The position numbers and the translations under genes are program-made. Below the pieces are notes generated by a model. The model did not search any database. It saw only the letters and a program-made list of their open reading frames with translations, and had not been told where the DNA came from. Below, one piece after another: positions 48,852 through 64,000 of a stretch of 64,000 nucleotides of DNA. The first letter of the stretch is position 1. Each line of letters begins with the position of its first letter. This DNA comes from Dendrobates tinctorius (lineage: Eukaryota), in assembly GCF_039654945.1 (NCBI RefSeq), contig NW_027361695.1, positions 3,968,001-4,032,000 on the forward strand, given 5' to 3'.

Positions 48852-49348
48852 TAAGTGCGCTGCTTGCAATCCCTTTTCTATTGACCTTGGCTGGGGTCAG
48901 TGGCATGCACCGTTGGCTCCCGATCCCAGCTAACTGCAGCGTCGCCTCTACAGCACCATTGGGAGAGCGCACAATTTTGGCCAGCTGTGCACTGACCTTG
49001 CTGGGTCAGGCAGTCGAAGCAGGAGCCCCTGAGCAAGCAGGAATCTGGGAGGCAGGGAAGCAGTGTGCCTCTGAATTGGATAAACATCACGGCTTTCTAC
49101 TGCTGATAGCGCCACCCCGTCATCAGGTGTTCTATGGTATTGCTTCTCACATCCATTCAAGTGAATTGAGCTCTGGTGCTAATGCATGTGGATGGGGGTG
49201 GTGCTAGTTCTGAAAGAAAATGGCCTTAATATAGTCACCCTTGTTTCTTTACAGTATTCATGAGAAGCTGGGGGAACTTCTGACTTCGTGGTCACTGTAA
49301 CCCCAAGGATTTGTGACAAATGTAAATGACCTGTTTCCTGTCTTTCAG

Positions 49349-49409
49349 GGAAGAAGAGAGTAACGCTAAAGGAGGAGTATGGAAAATGAAAGTCCCGAAA
49401 GAGAGCGCG
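49349..49409 (+). CDS. EIF4E3: eIF4E3 coding exon 4
   Basis: TTTCAG acceptor; EEESNAKGGVWKMKVPKESA; GTATAA donor. Confidence 0.95.
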
Positions 49410-50218
49410 GTATAAAGCTTGTGATATATAAGGGCTTTCACACTTCTGGGTACACTTAAAGGGGTTGTTTTTTTTTTTTTTAACAGCTTACCAGTCTAAG
49501 GTGACTTTTTTTTGTTCTTTGTGCTAGTGGGTGGAGGTTAGCTGCTATGATGTCTCCCATACACAGCACAGACAGACATGAGGGATCCCTGCTCTACTGT
49601 CTCTATGTAGCAAATGCTCAGAAGCGCCATCAGCTTGGTGGACATTATACAGCAGTACTGAGCAGTGTTGCTGTGAATTCTGCACAAACTAGAAAGCTAC
49701 CTGGTCTTTTCCACTCGCTGCTCCCTCTCAAGCTGTAATGTGATCTCTCAATGCGCTGTCAGTTTCTTTTGTCTTGACAAATATGGATTTTGGCCATTTT
49801 CTTTTCCCCTGAGTGAGTTCAGGAGGAGAATTGGAGAAAGAGGCAGACTTGTCTGATATGTTTTGCAAAGTTTCTTTAATTCTAATCACTCATTGCCATG
49901 AAAATTTCAGTTACCGACAGGATTGTGAGTGATCACTGGGGTTCATCCACTGGTACCCCAACTAATCGCCGATACTGGGGTCTGAGCGTTCTCTGTATGG
50001 CCGGAGTGGTAGCATGCATGCTCCTGCACTATGGAAGTGATGGTCATGCACTGTGTCCATTGCCGTAAGGGTCTTTAGGACCCCGTTATTGTGCATCTTG
50101 TGGGTATGTGACCAATGTTTATGGGGAGATGTCTATTCCTAATCCCAGATGACTGTAGGTCAGTAGTGCGGTGGAGGATCTGCGGGGGAACACACGTCAC
50201 TTTATATTTCTCTTCCAG

Positions 50219-50285
50219 GCCCTTGTTTGGAAAGAATTATTGCTAGCTACTATTGGTGAACAGTTTACAGACCGCTGTGCCGCAG
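50219..50285 (+). CDS. EIF4E3: eIF4E3 coding exon 5
   Basis: TTCCAG acceptor; ALVWKELLLATIGEQFTDRCAA; GTTAGT donor. Confidence 0.95.
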
Positions 50286-50380
50286 GTTAGTCTCCGGCTG
50301 TCGCGCCGCAGGCCAATGTCCACTCGCTTATTTTTATTTTTCCCCAATGCTATAACTTGTTTTCTTTCCCGTGGTCTCAG

Positions 50381-50536
50381 AGGATGAAGTGATCGGTGTC
50401 AGTGTGAGTGTACGTGACCGCGAAGATGTTGTCCAAGTCTGGAATGGAAACGCCTCCGTCGTCGGTGAAGCAACAGTTCTAGAAAAAATCTACGAACTTC
50501 TGCCAAACACGTCTTTTAAAGCTGTATTTTATAAGC
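50381..50536 (+). CDS. EIF4E3: eIF4E3 coding exon 6
   Basis: TCTCAG acceptor; [51 protein letters not shown]; GTAAGT donor. Confidence 0.96.
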
Positions 50537-51072
50537 GTAAGTGTCTGCACTCCTCCCCGGCATTCTCAGTTTATCAGCTCATACTTTGGTATAGTTCGTC
50601 CATATTGAATCTGAGGGGGGCTCCTGCAGTTTGCACCCCCTGCCGGTCAGCTGTGTTGGAGTCCTAGGTGTACGGCGGCTTCTTCAATGCTTGGACCTTC
50701 CTGGAGTTGTACTCTTGGCAGATGAGAAAAGTATTTGTATGAATAGGAGACAGATGCAGAGAAACTGCCACTAGAGGGGGCAGTGGATGCAGGCTGGCGC
50801 TGTGCAGCAGAGAATGGCATTGCCTTGTGGCATGTGGTGGTCAGGTGTTCCATAATGTAAAGGCTTTGTCTTGTGGAAGTAAATGGTTGCTTCAGCCTCA
50901 GATCGTCTCCAAACACAACACTCCCTTTAATATGATGCAATTATACTTATACTCAAAGGCCGAACTTCCTCCTAAGAACAGATGAGTAATTGCTCAGATC
51001 TATTTCAGTAATGAATGAGGTTATTATTTATTACATAACAGGTGAGTTCTGCAGTAATTACAAGGTGGTTTC

Positions 51073-51886
51073 CACCAGCAGAATAGTGAGTGCAGCTCTG
51101 GGGTATAATACAGGATGTAACTCAGGATCAGTAATGTAATGTATGTACACAGTCACTGCACTAGCAGAATAGTGAGTGCAGCTCTGGGGTATAATACAGG
51201 ATGTAACTAGGATCAGTAAGTAATGTATGTATACAGTGACTGCACCAGCAGATTAGTGAGTGCAGCTCTGGGGTATAATACAGGATGTAACTAGGATCAG
51301 TAAGTAATGTATGTATACAGTGACTGCACCAGCAGATTAGTGAGTGCAGCTCTGGGGTATTATACAGGAGGTAACTCAGGATCAGTAATGTATGTACACA
51401 GTGACTGCACCAGCAGAATAGTGAGAGCAGCTCTGGTGTATAATACTGGTGGTAACTCAGGATCTGTAATGTATGTACACAGTGACTGCACCAGCAGAAT
51501 AGTGAGTGCAGCTCTGGAGTATAATGTATGTACAGTGACTGCACCAGCAGAATAGTGAGTGCAGCTCTGAAGTATAATACTGGTGGAAACTCAGGATCTG
51601 TAATGTATGTACACAGTGACTGCACCAGCAGAATAGTGAGTGCAGCTCTGGAGTATAATGTATGTACAGTGACTGCACCAGCAGAATAGTGAGTGCAGCT
51701 CTGAAGTATAATACAGGAGGTAACTCAGGATCAGTAATGTAATATATGTACACAATGACTGCACCAGCAGAATAGTGAGTGCAGCTCTGGAGTATAATAC
51801 AGGAAGTAACTCAGGATCAGTAATGTAATATATGTACACAATGACTGCACCAGCAGAATAGTGAGTGCAGCTCTGGAGTATAATAC
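51073..51886 (-). repeat. 86-bp satellite family array (inverted) in EIF4E3 intron 6
   Basis: Reverse complement of the unit at 1-455, with shortened monomers. Confidence 0.92.
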
Positions 51887-51940
51887 ATGTTTATGTAGCT
51901 CTGATCACTTGGTCTTGACCACTGCCTTATCCTCTTGCAG

Positions 51941-51987
51941 CCCATGAAGAGCATCACGCGTTTGAGGGTGGACGCTCAAGACACTAG
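51941..51987 (+). CDS. EIF4E3: eIF4E3 last coding exon
   Basis: TTGCAG acceptor; (P)HEEHHAFEGGRSRH-TAG; exon lengths sum to 669 nt = 222 aa + stop with consistent phases. Confidence 0.95.
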
Positions 51988-53389
51988 TGCAGATCTCCCC
52001 CAGAATTCTTCTTTTCTGAACCCTTTCACTTCCGGATGGTTCTTTTCATATGCAGTGTTGCTGGGCCCCACCACGACCTCACTGAGGGTTAATGACTGAA
52101 CAGCATGAAGGCCGGGCGCGGGACTACTTTTCATTTTTTTTTTTTTTTTTTTTTTTTTCCTGCTGGACTGCACTGGTCATTTGTAGATTTTAATTTTTAA
52201 CAGCTTCAGAACTGAAAACTTCAAATACAAACTTTCTTCAATTTGTTTTTTCCTTCCTTCCCCATTTTATGCGCGTGGAAACTATATGAAGGCTTTTGCT
52301 GCTCTAAGATCAAACATTTCTGCCCTACACTAAACTGTTAGTCTGTCCAGTTAAGCAGAGGTGTTGCGCGACTCAGGGCGAACTCTGTACTGTGTGCGGC
52401 CGGCTGTCCTCACTGGCTACTCCTGGATTTTTTAACTTTTTTTTTTTGTCCAATTTTTCTGTATTGCAGTAATAGACAAAAGAAAGAAAGCGGATGGTGA
52501 TAATGCAGATGTCGGTATCCCAGAATGTGTTCAATTATATATGCAATTATTGACACCCCCATCCCCTTCTTTTCCTTTAGCACATTCCTATGAAGGACCC
52601 CCCCAGATGGGTCCCTGCACTGTATGTCAGCCGTGCAGGGACGGCACTGATACAACAGCTCATCAATAGCTGGAATCTGTACAGTCTGTCTCAAGCTGCC
52701 AATGTGATGGAGAGGGATGTTTGACGTGTTTTTTTTTTTTTTTTTGTTTGTTTTTGTTTTTTTTTTCTCCCAATTTTTTTTTTTTTTTTTTTTGGCTGTA
52801 TGTGACTAGATTTGGCTTTACAAGAGATCTCCTTGTGCAGTTGCCACCGCCCCTTCTCCGCTCTCCACCACTTCTGTTTGCCATCATTTTCACTTCTACC
52901 CCTTTTTAAAATTCACCTTTGATTTCTGTACTAGTTAACCCTTATGCTGGCTCGATAAACATTTTGAACGCCAGATCATGCACCAAGCCACACAATCGCT
53001 GTCACTATGACCTTTTAGTGCATTTTGTCCATCTCCTGGGGATTCAGACTTTTTAAATCTCGTGGAACCAAAGATGTAGTTTTTTTCCAATTTAAAGTGA
53101 GTGTCCACTTTTTAACTTTTTTTTTTTTTTTTTTCTTCGGTATTCTATGCCAATTAACTTTTTAATATCTTTTATAGCAGTCAGAGCTCCAAATTCCCCT
53201 AGGATAGTCATGAATGGAAAAGGATGTTCTTCCTGTAATGGCCACCAGAGGGAGCACTGTAGGTAAAGGAGTTCACTGTGCTGTTGGCTCTTGTGCCCCC
53301 TCTAGTGGCGTTACAAGATAAATGTTACCACATGAATTGTTTTGATGTTTTTTTTTTTTTCTTTCATAATGAGTTCAAAATCTGACCTC

Positions 53390-53930
53390 AATAAAAATGA
53401 ATTTAAGAAGTTATTCAGCGCAAGATTTTTATCTAAGAAATGTCCAGGGTGGGGGCATTCACTTTAAGGTTAGACTTGAATGTACATTAATACAGAAACC
53501 CAACATCATGGAAGTGTGACCACTGGTTATACAATGCGGTGGCATACACTACAGAAAGTGGGCTTATTCACTTTTTTTTTTTTTTTTTTTTCCTGCACTT
53601 GTAGACACATTCAAGTAAGAGTTGGATGGGGGGGAATTTTTTATTTTTTTTTATCCCCCTACTTTCAGGGCTGCCTGCTTAGTGTGTGAAGAGCGACCTG
53701 TTCTGTAATACAGATAAAATTGCACTGACATGCACCACACCGGCCATCAGATCATCAGATCTTACTTTATCTAATCCTTATGGAATCCAGTATTTTTATC
53801 CCCCCCCCCCAATATTTCCTTCCCTCTATATTTATAAACTGCCTATATGTGTATTCAGTTGTATTGTGAATAAAGATTTTCTTAATTCATAAAGTTGTCC
53901 TGTATTTTATTTGCCCTAAAAATTAATAAA
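53390..53930 (+). terminator. Candidate EIF4E3 polyadenylation signals ending a U-rich 3' UTR of up to about 1.9 kb
   Basis: AATAAA at 53390, 53869 and 53925; recognisable repeats resume only after about 54060. Confidence 0.55.
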
Positions 53931-54066
53931 AAATGAATTTATACCTTTTTTAGGTTCCCCTTAGAGGCCTTGATCTTGCAATTTTTTTTATATAGAAAAT
54001 GGCATTCACCAATGGACCAAGGGCAAGAGGGCGTTCAGTACTGGCAGATGCCTGCTATGTGGTGAC

Positions 54067-54689
54067 TAGTGATGAGCGAGTATACTCGTTGCTCGGGTGG
54101 TCTCTGAGTATTCTGGTGTGCTCGGAGATTTAAGGGCCTGTCACACTAAGCGATATCGCTATAACGTCACTGGTTTTTGTGACGTAGCAGCGATATCGCT
54201 GTGTCTGATACCTCCAACTGGCTCCCCGCTGGTTATAGCTGATCGCGCGAGAACGTCCTGGACCGTTTCTCGTCGGCCGCTTCCTGCTGTGGCAACGCCT
54301 GGACGCGGGCGGGAGGACGTCAGGATCGCTGCGTCTGACAGGTAAGTAGCGAACCCCGACCCATGATATGTCGCTGGTGAGATCTGCCTGTGTGGCAGCT
54401 CATTAGCGACCACTTAGCGATGCACCAGCGATCCTTGACCACGTCATATCGCTGGTGAGTCGCTAAGTGTGACACTACCATTAGTTTTCGTTGCCTCAGC
54501 TGCATGATTTGCGACTGCTAGACAGCCTGAATACATATGGAGGTTGCCTGTTTGTTAGGGAATCCCCACATGTATTCAGGCTGTCCAGCAGTCGCAAATC
54601 ATGCAGCTGAGACGACGAAAGCTAAATCTCCGAGCACGCCAAAATACTCGGGAGACCACCCGAGCAACGAGTATACTCGCTCATCACTA
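54067..54689. mobile_element. TIR element with TAGTGATG ends and a 5-bp TSD, carrying a nested MITE (54134-54479)
   Basis: TIRs TAGTGATGAGCGAGTATACTCGTTGCTCGGGTGGTCTC at both ends; GTGAC at 54062-54066 and 54690-54694. Confidence 0.8.
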
Positions 54690-57084
54690 GTGACAGTTTT
54701 CACACGTATCGGAGACCCTTACATACAGACACCCATTCAAGAGAATGGATCTGTGCACGTGTCACTGTTTCCACGGACCGTGTGTCCGTGGTTTTATTTA
54801 TTTTTTCTTTTTATTACCAGTCTGGGCTGCAAAACGTCCAGCACACTGACACATGGATGACTTCCGTGTGTCATCAGTGTGACACAAATCGGTGATACTA
54901 TTCGCACTATTTCCCAGTGCATGGTGCTGATGACAGCTAAATAATAAAAATTGACGCGGGGTTCCTCTGAAGTTTTGCCTGGCTGGTTATTAAAAATAAA
55001 CAGCTGTAGGGTGCAACCCTCAGCTGTAGGCTTAAGCAAGGCTGGTAATCAGGAATAGAGGGGTCCCCATGCTGTATTTTAAATTATAAATATAAGGGGG
55101 CCCCCCAATTTTTGACGACCAGCCAAGCTAAAGCAGACAGCTGAGGACTGGTAATCTCAGGCTGGTATGGGGCCATGGATATTACTGCCCTCCCCCTGCT
55201 TAAAAATAGTAGCCCGCAGCCTCCCAGAAAAGGTGCATCTATTAGATGGGCTAATTCTAATGCTTTGCCTGGCTCTTCCCACTGTAGCGGTGGCAAGTGG
55301 GGTTGGTGACTCCTTTGTATTGTCCGGTGACATCAAGCCCCACGGCTTGGTAACGGAGAGGCGTCTATCAGACACCTATGCATTAATAATCCTATAGTTA
55401 CATGGTAAATAAAGACAGCCAGACTAAAGTCCTTTAAAAAAAAAAAAACAAAAAAAAACCCAGATGCGACTGTCCAGGTTGAGAAAAAACTGGGGAATGA
55501 GCTGCTGGCAGGCAATGCTGACTGTTTCCAATGAGTCAAGCAAAACTAGAATTGTGTAAATTTCCTAAAAATGAGGATATTGCTTCTTCCGGTGGGTCGG
55601 ATCACTAGACCCGACCAGTGATAATAACAAAAAGGCTCCTAAATGGAACACAAGGTCCGTGTGCTTGACCAAAAGCACAAAGGTGAGCCCCAGTACAGTA
55701 CACCAAAATTACCCTGGTGCACTCACCCCCCCCCAGGGCACCCACTTTTCATCTAACCATTAAAAGGTAAAAGAAAAAAAAAACAGGCTTTTTTAATTGA
55801 ATAGATAATTGCTAAAATGGTACAAAGAACCATTTTTTAGTTTTTTTTTGCCCCCCCTCCAAATTTAAATTGATATTTATGACAAGGGTGCCCTCTAGTG
55901 TCCACACTTAGTACTGCAGGTAGGTTTGCAATTGCCTAGAACCATAAGAATCCGCTTAAAAATGTCAATTTTTTTGCCAAGTCCTGACACTGTAAGTTTG
56001 GTAATCCAGGGGAAAATGGTGCTAAAATCTAAATATATTTGTACATGTGCACTATATGGCAGTATGATTTCTGTTATGGGTAACGTTATATCGCACGATG
56101 ATCCTCCCTAAAAAGAAAATAGGGCACAATTTTTTTTATTTCTTTCTGTACGTTATATGGTAAAGTGAATGGTGTCAATAAAAACTAAAAGTTGCCCCAC
56201 TGGGAAAGAGCCCTATACAGTTATGTCAATGGAAAAATAAAAGTTATGACTCTTTGAAGGAGATGAAAAGACAAGCAGAAGAATGAAAATTGCTCATGAT
56301 GGGAATAATAATGTTACATGAGGCTGCATAAATAAACTGACCCTGTAAGAAATAAAATTGAAGCTTTGTGATATGGCGCGATGTCCAGCCTCCATTGAAA
56401 TGAAATGCAAGTGCTGCCACCCAGTGGATATCGCTGGCATAACACACAATGTCTGAGCAGTCCATAATAATACTCCCTGTTAGGTTTTTCCCAAGATTAT
56501 AATAGACTTTCGGCACAGTAATAATCTGCAGGAGGAAATCGGAGTATTTATTCAATGCCCATAGAGCTGTCTTATTTATGGACAGTTCTACTGTTAAGGG
56601 CTCTTACTGTGAAGTCTCATCATTTTCTAATCTATTATGGTAAATCTGAGAGCAGCGATCTCGGAGATGATGATGAATTAGTATATCAGCGGCGCCAGCA
56701 GGAAAGCAATTTATAAGCTTGTCCGACATCCAGAGTAGTTGCAGGAGGATATTGGTTTTAGCATTTCATTGTAATCTGGATCAGATTGGGATCTGTAGAA
56801 GATGGTGGAGAAGGTGGACAGGAAAGCAGCCAGTGCCAACATCAAGGCTAAATATGTGTCCAAAAGCTTCTCTATGCCATAGGGGAGATTAGTTGCACAA
56901 ACACCCATGGTACCCCCTTATCTCTGTCTCAATAAAAGAAAATCAAAGTCCCGGGCCCCAACAAGCGCCATCAAAGGGGCCCAATTATCCTCATTTGTCG
57001 TTAAAATTCTGCATCCCAATAGTGAAGACAAAGGGGCATGTAAATAGTTGGTGCCCATCCAGGACCCTCCTCCCAAACCCATTG

Positions 57085-60000
57085 TACATCCTGTATTATA
57101 CCCCAGAGCTGCACTCACTATTCTGCTGGTGCAGTCACTGTGAACATACATTACATTACTGATCCTGAGTTACATCCTGCATTATACCCCAGAGCTGCAC
57201 TCACTATTCTGCTGGTCCAGTCTCTGTGTACATACATTACATTACTGATCTTGTATTATACTCCAGAGCTGCACTCACTATTCTGCTGATGCAGTCACTG
57301 TACATACATTATACTCCAGAGCTGCACTCACTATTCTGCTGGTGCAGTCACTGTGTACATACATTACTGATCCTGAGATACATCTTGTATTATACTCCAG
57401 AGCTGCACTCACTATTCTGCTGGTGCAGTCACTGTGTACATACATTACTGATCCTCAGTTACATCTTGTATTATACTCCAGAGCTGCACTCACTATTCTG
57501 CTGGTGCAGTCACTGTGTACATACATTACATTTCCGATCCTGAGTTACATCCTGTATTATACTCCAGAGCTGCACTCACTATTCTGCTGGTGCAGTCACT
57601 GTGTACATACATTACCGATCCTGAGTTATATCCTGTATTATCCTCCAGAGCTGCACTCACTATTCTGCTGGTGCAGTCACTGTGTACATACATTACATTA
57701 CTGATCCTGAGTTACATCTTGTATTATCCTCCAGAGCTGCACTCACATTACTGATCCTGAGTTACATCCTGTATTATACTCCAAAGCTGCACTCACTATT
57801 CTGCTGGTGCAGTCACTGTGTACATACATTACATTCCTGATCCTGAGTTACATCTTGTATTATCCTCCAGAGCTGCACTCACTATTCTGCTGGTGCAGTC
57901 ACTGTGTACATACATTACTGATCCAGAGTTACATCCTGTATTATACTCCAGAGCTGCACTCACTATTCTGCTGGTGCAGTCACTGTGTACATACATTACA
58001 TTACCGATCTTGAGTTACATCCTGTATTATCCTCCAGAGCTGCACTCACTATTCTGCTGGTGCAGTCATTGTGTACATACTTTACATTACTGATCCTGAG
58101 TTAAATCCTGTATTATACGCCAGAGCTGCACTCACATTACTGATCCTGAGTTACATCCTGTATTATACTCCAAAGCTGCACTCACTATTCTGCTGGTGCA
58201 GTCACTGTGTACATACATTACATTACTGATCCTGAGTTACATCCTGTATTATACTCCAGAGCTGCACTCACTATTCTGCTGGTGCAGTCACAGTGTAATT
58301 ACATTACATTACCGATCCTGAGTTACATCCTGTATTATACTCCAGAGCTGCACTCACTATTCTGCTGGTGCAGTCACTGTGTACATACTTTACATTACTG
58401 ATCCTGAGTTAAATCCTGTATTATACGCCAGAGCTGCACTCACATTACTGATCCTGAGTTACATCCTGTATTATCCTCCAGAGCTGCACTCACTATTCTG
58501 CTGGTGCAGTCAGTGTGTACATACAGTACATTACTGATCCTGAATTACATCCTGTATTATACTCCAGAGCTGCACTCACTATTCTGCTGGTGCAGTCACT
58601 GTGTACATACATTACCTTCCTGATCCTGAGTTACATCCTGTATTATACTCCAAAGCTGCACTCACTATTCTGCTGGTGCAGTCACTGTGTACATACATTA
58701 CTGATCCTCAGTTACATCTTGTATTATACTCCAGAGCTGCACTCACTATTCTGCTGGTGCAGTCACTGTGTACATACATTACATTTCCGATCCTGAGTTA
58801 CATCCTGTATTATACTCCAGAGCTGCACTCACTATTCTGCTGGTGCAGTCACTGTGTACATACATTACCGATCCTGAGTTATATCCTGTATTATCCTCCA
58901 GAGCTGCACTCACTATTCTGCTGGTGCAGTCACTGTGTACATACATTACATTACTGATCCTGAGTTACATCTTGTATTATCCTCCAGAGCTGCACTCACA
59001 TTACTGATCCTGAGTTACATCCTGTATTATACTCCAAAGCTGCACTCACTATTCTGCTGGTGCAGTCACTGTGTACATACATTACATTCCTGATCCTGAG
59101 TTACATCTTGTATTATCCTCCAGAGCTGCACTCACTATTCTGCTGGTGCAGTCACTGTGTACATACATTACTGATCCAGAGTTACATCCTGTATTATACT
59201 CCAGAGCTGCACTCACTATTCTGCTGGTGCAGTCACTGTGTACATACATTACATTACCGATCTTGAGTTACATCCTGTATTATCCTCCAGAGCTGCACTC
59301 ACTATTCTGCTGGTGCAGTCATTGTGTACATACTTTACATTACTGATCCTGAGTTAAATCCTGTATTATACGCCAGAGCTGCACTCACATTACTGATCCT
59401 GAGTTACATCCTGTATTATACTCCAAAGCTGCACTCACTATTCTGCTGGTGCAGTCACTGTGTACATACATTACATTACTGATCCTGAGTTACATCCTGT
59501 ATTATACTCCAGAGCTGCACTCACTATTCTGCTGGTGCAGTCACAGTGTACATACATTACATTACCGATCCTGAGTTACATCCTGTATTATACTCCAGAG
59601 CTGCACTCACTATTCTGCTGGTGCAGTCACTGTGTACATACTTTACATTACTGATCCTGAGTTAAATCCTGTATTATACGCCAGAGCTGCACTCACATTA
59701 CTGATCCTGAGTTACATCCTGTATTATCCTCCAGAGCTGCACTCACTATTCTGCTGGTGCAGTCAGTGTGTACATACAGTACATTACTGATCCTGAATTA
59801 CATCCTGTATTATACTCCAGAGCTGCACTCACTATTCTGCTGGTGCAGTCACTGTGTACATACATTACCTTCCTGATCCTGAGTTACATCCTGTATTATA
59901 CTCCAAAGCTGCACTCACTATTCTGCTGGTGCAGTCAGTGTGTACATACAGTACATTACTGATCCTGAGTTACATCCTGTATAATACTCCAGAGCTGCAC

Positions 60001-61782
60001 TTACTATTCTGCTGGTGCAGTCACTGTGTACATACATTACATTCCAGATCCTGAGTTACATCCTGTATTATACCCCAGAGCTGCACTCACTATTCTGCTG
60101 GTGCAGTCACTGTGTACATACTTTACATTACTGATCCTGAGTTAAATCCTGTATTATACGCCAGAGCTGCACTCACATTACTGATCCTGAGTTACATCCT
60201 GTATTATCCTCCAGAGCTGCACTCACTATTCTGCTGGTGCAGTCAGTGTGTACATACAGTACATTACTGATCCTGAATTACATCCTGTATTATACTCCAG
60301 AGCTGCACTCACTATTCTGCTGGTGCAGTCAGTGTGTACATACATTACTGATCCTGAGTTACATCCTGTATAATACTCCAGAGCTGCACTCACTATTCTG
60401 CTGGTGCAGTCACTGTGTACATACATTACATTACTGATCCTGAGTTACATCCTGTATTATCCTCCAGAGCTGCACTCACTATTCTGCTGGTGCAGTCACT
60501 GTGTACATACATTACCTTCCTGATCCTGAGTTACATCCTGTATTATACTCCAAAGCTGCACTCACTATTCTGCTGGTGCAGTCACTGTGTACATACATTA
60601 CTGATCCTGAGTTACATCCTGTATTATACTCCAGAGCTGCACTCACTATTCTGCTGGTGCAGTCACTGTGTACATACATTACATTACTGATCCTGAGTTA
60701 CATCCTGTATTATACCCCAGAGCTGCACTCACTATCCTGCTGGTGCAGTCACTGTGTACATACATTACCTTCCTGATCCTGAGTTACATCCTGTATTATA
60801 CTCCAAAGCTGCACTCACTATTCTGCTGGTGCAGTCAGTGTGTACATACATTACTGATCCTGAGTTACATCCTGTATAATACTCCAGAGCTGCACTCACT
60901 ATTCTGCTAGTGCAGTCACTGTGTACATACATTACATTACTGATCCTGAGTTACATCCTGTATTATACTCCAAAGCTGCACTCACTATTCTGCTGGTGCA
61001 GTCACTGTGTACATACATTACATTCCTGATCCTGAGTTACATCCTGTATTATATTCCAGAGCTGTACTCAGTATTCTGCTGGTGCAATCACTGTGTAAAT
61101 ACATTACATTACTGATCCTGAGTTACATCCTGTATTATACCCCAGAGCTGCACTCACTATTCTGCTGGTGCAGTCACTGTGTACATACATTACCTTCCTG
61201 ATCCTGAGTTACATCCTGTATTATACTCCAAAGCTGCACTCACTATTCTGCTGGTGCAGTCAGTGTGTACATACATTACTGATCCTGAGTTACATCCTGT
61301 ATAATACTCCAGAGCTGCACTCACTATTCTGCTAGTGCAGTCACTGTGTACATACATTACATTACTGATCCTGAGTTACATCCTGTATTATACTCAAAAG
61401 CTGCACTCAATATTCTGCTGGTGCAGTCACTGTGTACATACATTACATTCCTGATCCTGAGTTACATCCTGTATTATATTCCAGAGCTGTACTCAGTATT
61501 CTGCTGGTGCAATCACTGTGTACATACATTACATTACTGATCCTGAGTTACATCCTGTATTATACCCCTGAGCTGCACTCACTATTCTGCTGGTGCTGTC
61601 ACTGTGTACATACATTACATTACTGATCCTGAGTTACATCCTGTATTATACCCCAGAGCTGCACTCACTATTCTGCTGGTGCAGTCACTGTGTACATACA
61701 TTACATTACTGATCCTGAGTTACATCCTGTATTATACTCCAGAGTCGCACTCGCAATTCTACTGCTGCAGTCACTGTGTACA
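57085..61782 (+). repeat. 4.7-kb array of the 86-bp satellite with higher-order periodicity
   Basis: Continuous monomers of 86 bp, 81 bp and shorter; diagnostic variants recur at a 1253-bp offset. Confidence 0.96.
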
Positions 61783-61784
61783 CA

Positions 61785-63291
<1,507 letters not shown>

Positions 63292-63744
63292 TACATGTAC
63301 TGGGAAAGTTGCTGATGCTTGCCACATGAGAGACACCCAGCTTTCCCAGAAGCAGAAATGGCTAAAGATGATATAAGATGGTCACCAGGATCTATAGTAT
63401 GAGAATCCATGAGATCCGCCCTGGGGGCTTCTGCTGGATGGGGGACATGTTGTATGTACTTGAATTAATTCTGTATGAGACGTTATAAAACTCTCTGTTC
63501 TGCTCACGAGCAAACAATCCCTCGATTCTCTGCTTGTGCCTCCAGCTAACAAAATCCATCCCTCAGTTATTTAATTAAACCAACAGAACACAGGTCATGG
63601 TATGTGACCCCCGAGAGTGGCTGCGAGTCTCGACATCTCCATCGTTGTGATCACACTGTACAAACACACACCTGTACCATGCTAGTCGTATAGGTTATAT
63701 GGAATGTGTCTGATGTGTAGCCTCCCCTGGCAAGACTAAATATA

Positions 63745-64000
63745 CAAGTGTTTCTCAAAAAATTAGAATATCATCAAAAAAGTTCATTTATTTCAGTTCT
63801 TCAATACATAAAGTGAAACTCATATTCTATAGAGTCATTACACACAGAGTGATCTATTCCACGTGTTTATTTCTGTTAATGTTGATGATTATGGCTTACA
63901 GCCAATGAAAACCCAAAAGTCATTATCTCAGTAAATTAGAATAATTAACAAAAAACACCTGTAAAGGCTCCTAAGAGTTTATAAAGGTCCCTTAGTCTGT
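63745..64000. mobile_element. Probable Tc1-family terminal repeat, cut by window end
   Basis: TA-CAAGTGTTTCTCAAAAAATTAGAATATCATC with an internal AAATTAGAATA direct repeat. Confidence 0.6.

Noticed and set aside
57085-61782. Regular repeat array as a CRISPR locus or a family of small membrane peptides
   Set aside because: No unique spacers, no cas genes, eukaryotic context; the ORFs are translations of the satellite monomer

Overview
Vertebrate genomic DNA, most likely from a frog (inferred from the repeat families and protein sequences; the species cannot be determined). The window holds the conserved PROK2(+)-GPR27(-)-EIF4E3(+) block, the same order and orientation as human 3p13. All three genes can be reconstructed with canonical GT-AG splice sites. 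PROK2 has 3 coding exons and 110 aa with an AVITG mature N-terminus. The SREB-family GPCR (GPR27) has an intronless 370 aa CDS. EIF4E3 has 7 coding exons and 222 aa. The rest is mostly repeats: Tc1 elements (one disabled by a single nonsense codon), a non-autonomous Ty3/Gypsy LTR element with a Tf1-type self-priming signature nested in a Tc1, a fold-back Chapaev3-like element, a solo LTR inside a hAT inside an RTE LINE, a Rex1-like LINE, inverted SINEs, many palindromic MITEs, an inverted pair of Penelope-type minimal hammerhead motifs, a 2.3 kb GC-rich minisatellite, and an 86-bp satellite with higher-order structure. Most long ORFs in the track are repeat artefacts. I see no clearly new gene system. 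The best leads are RNA-structure features of the mobile elements.
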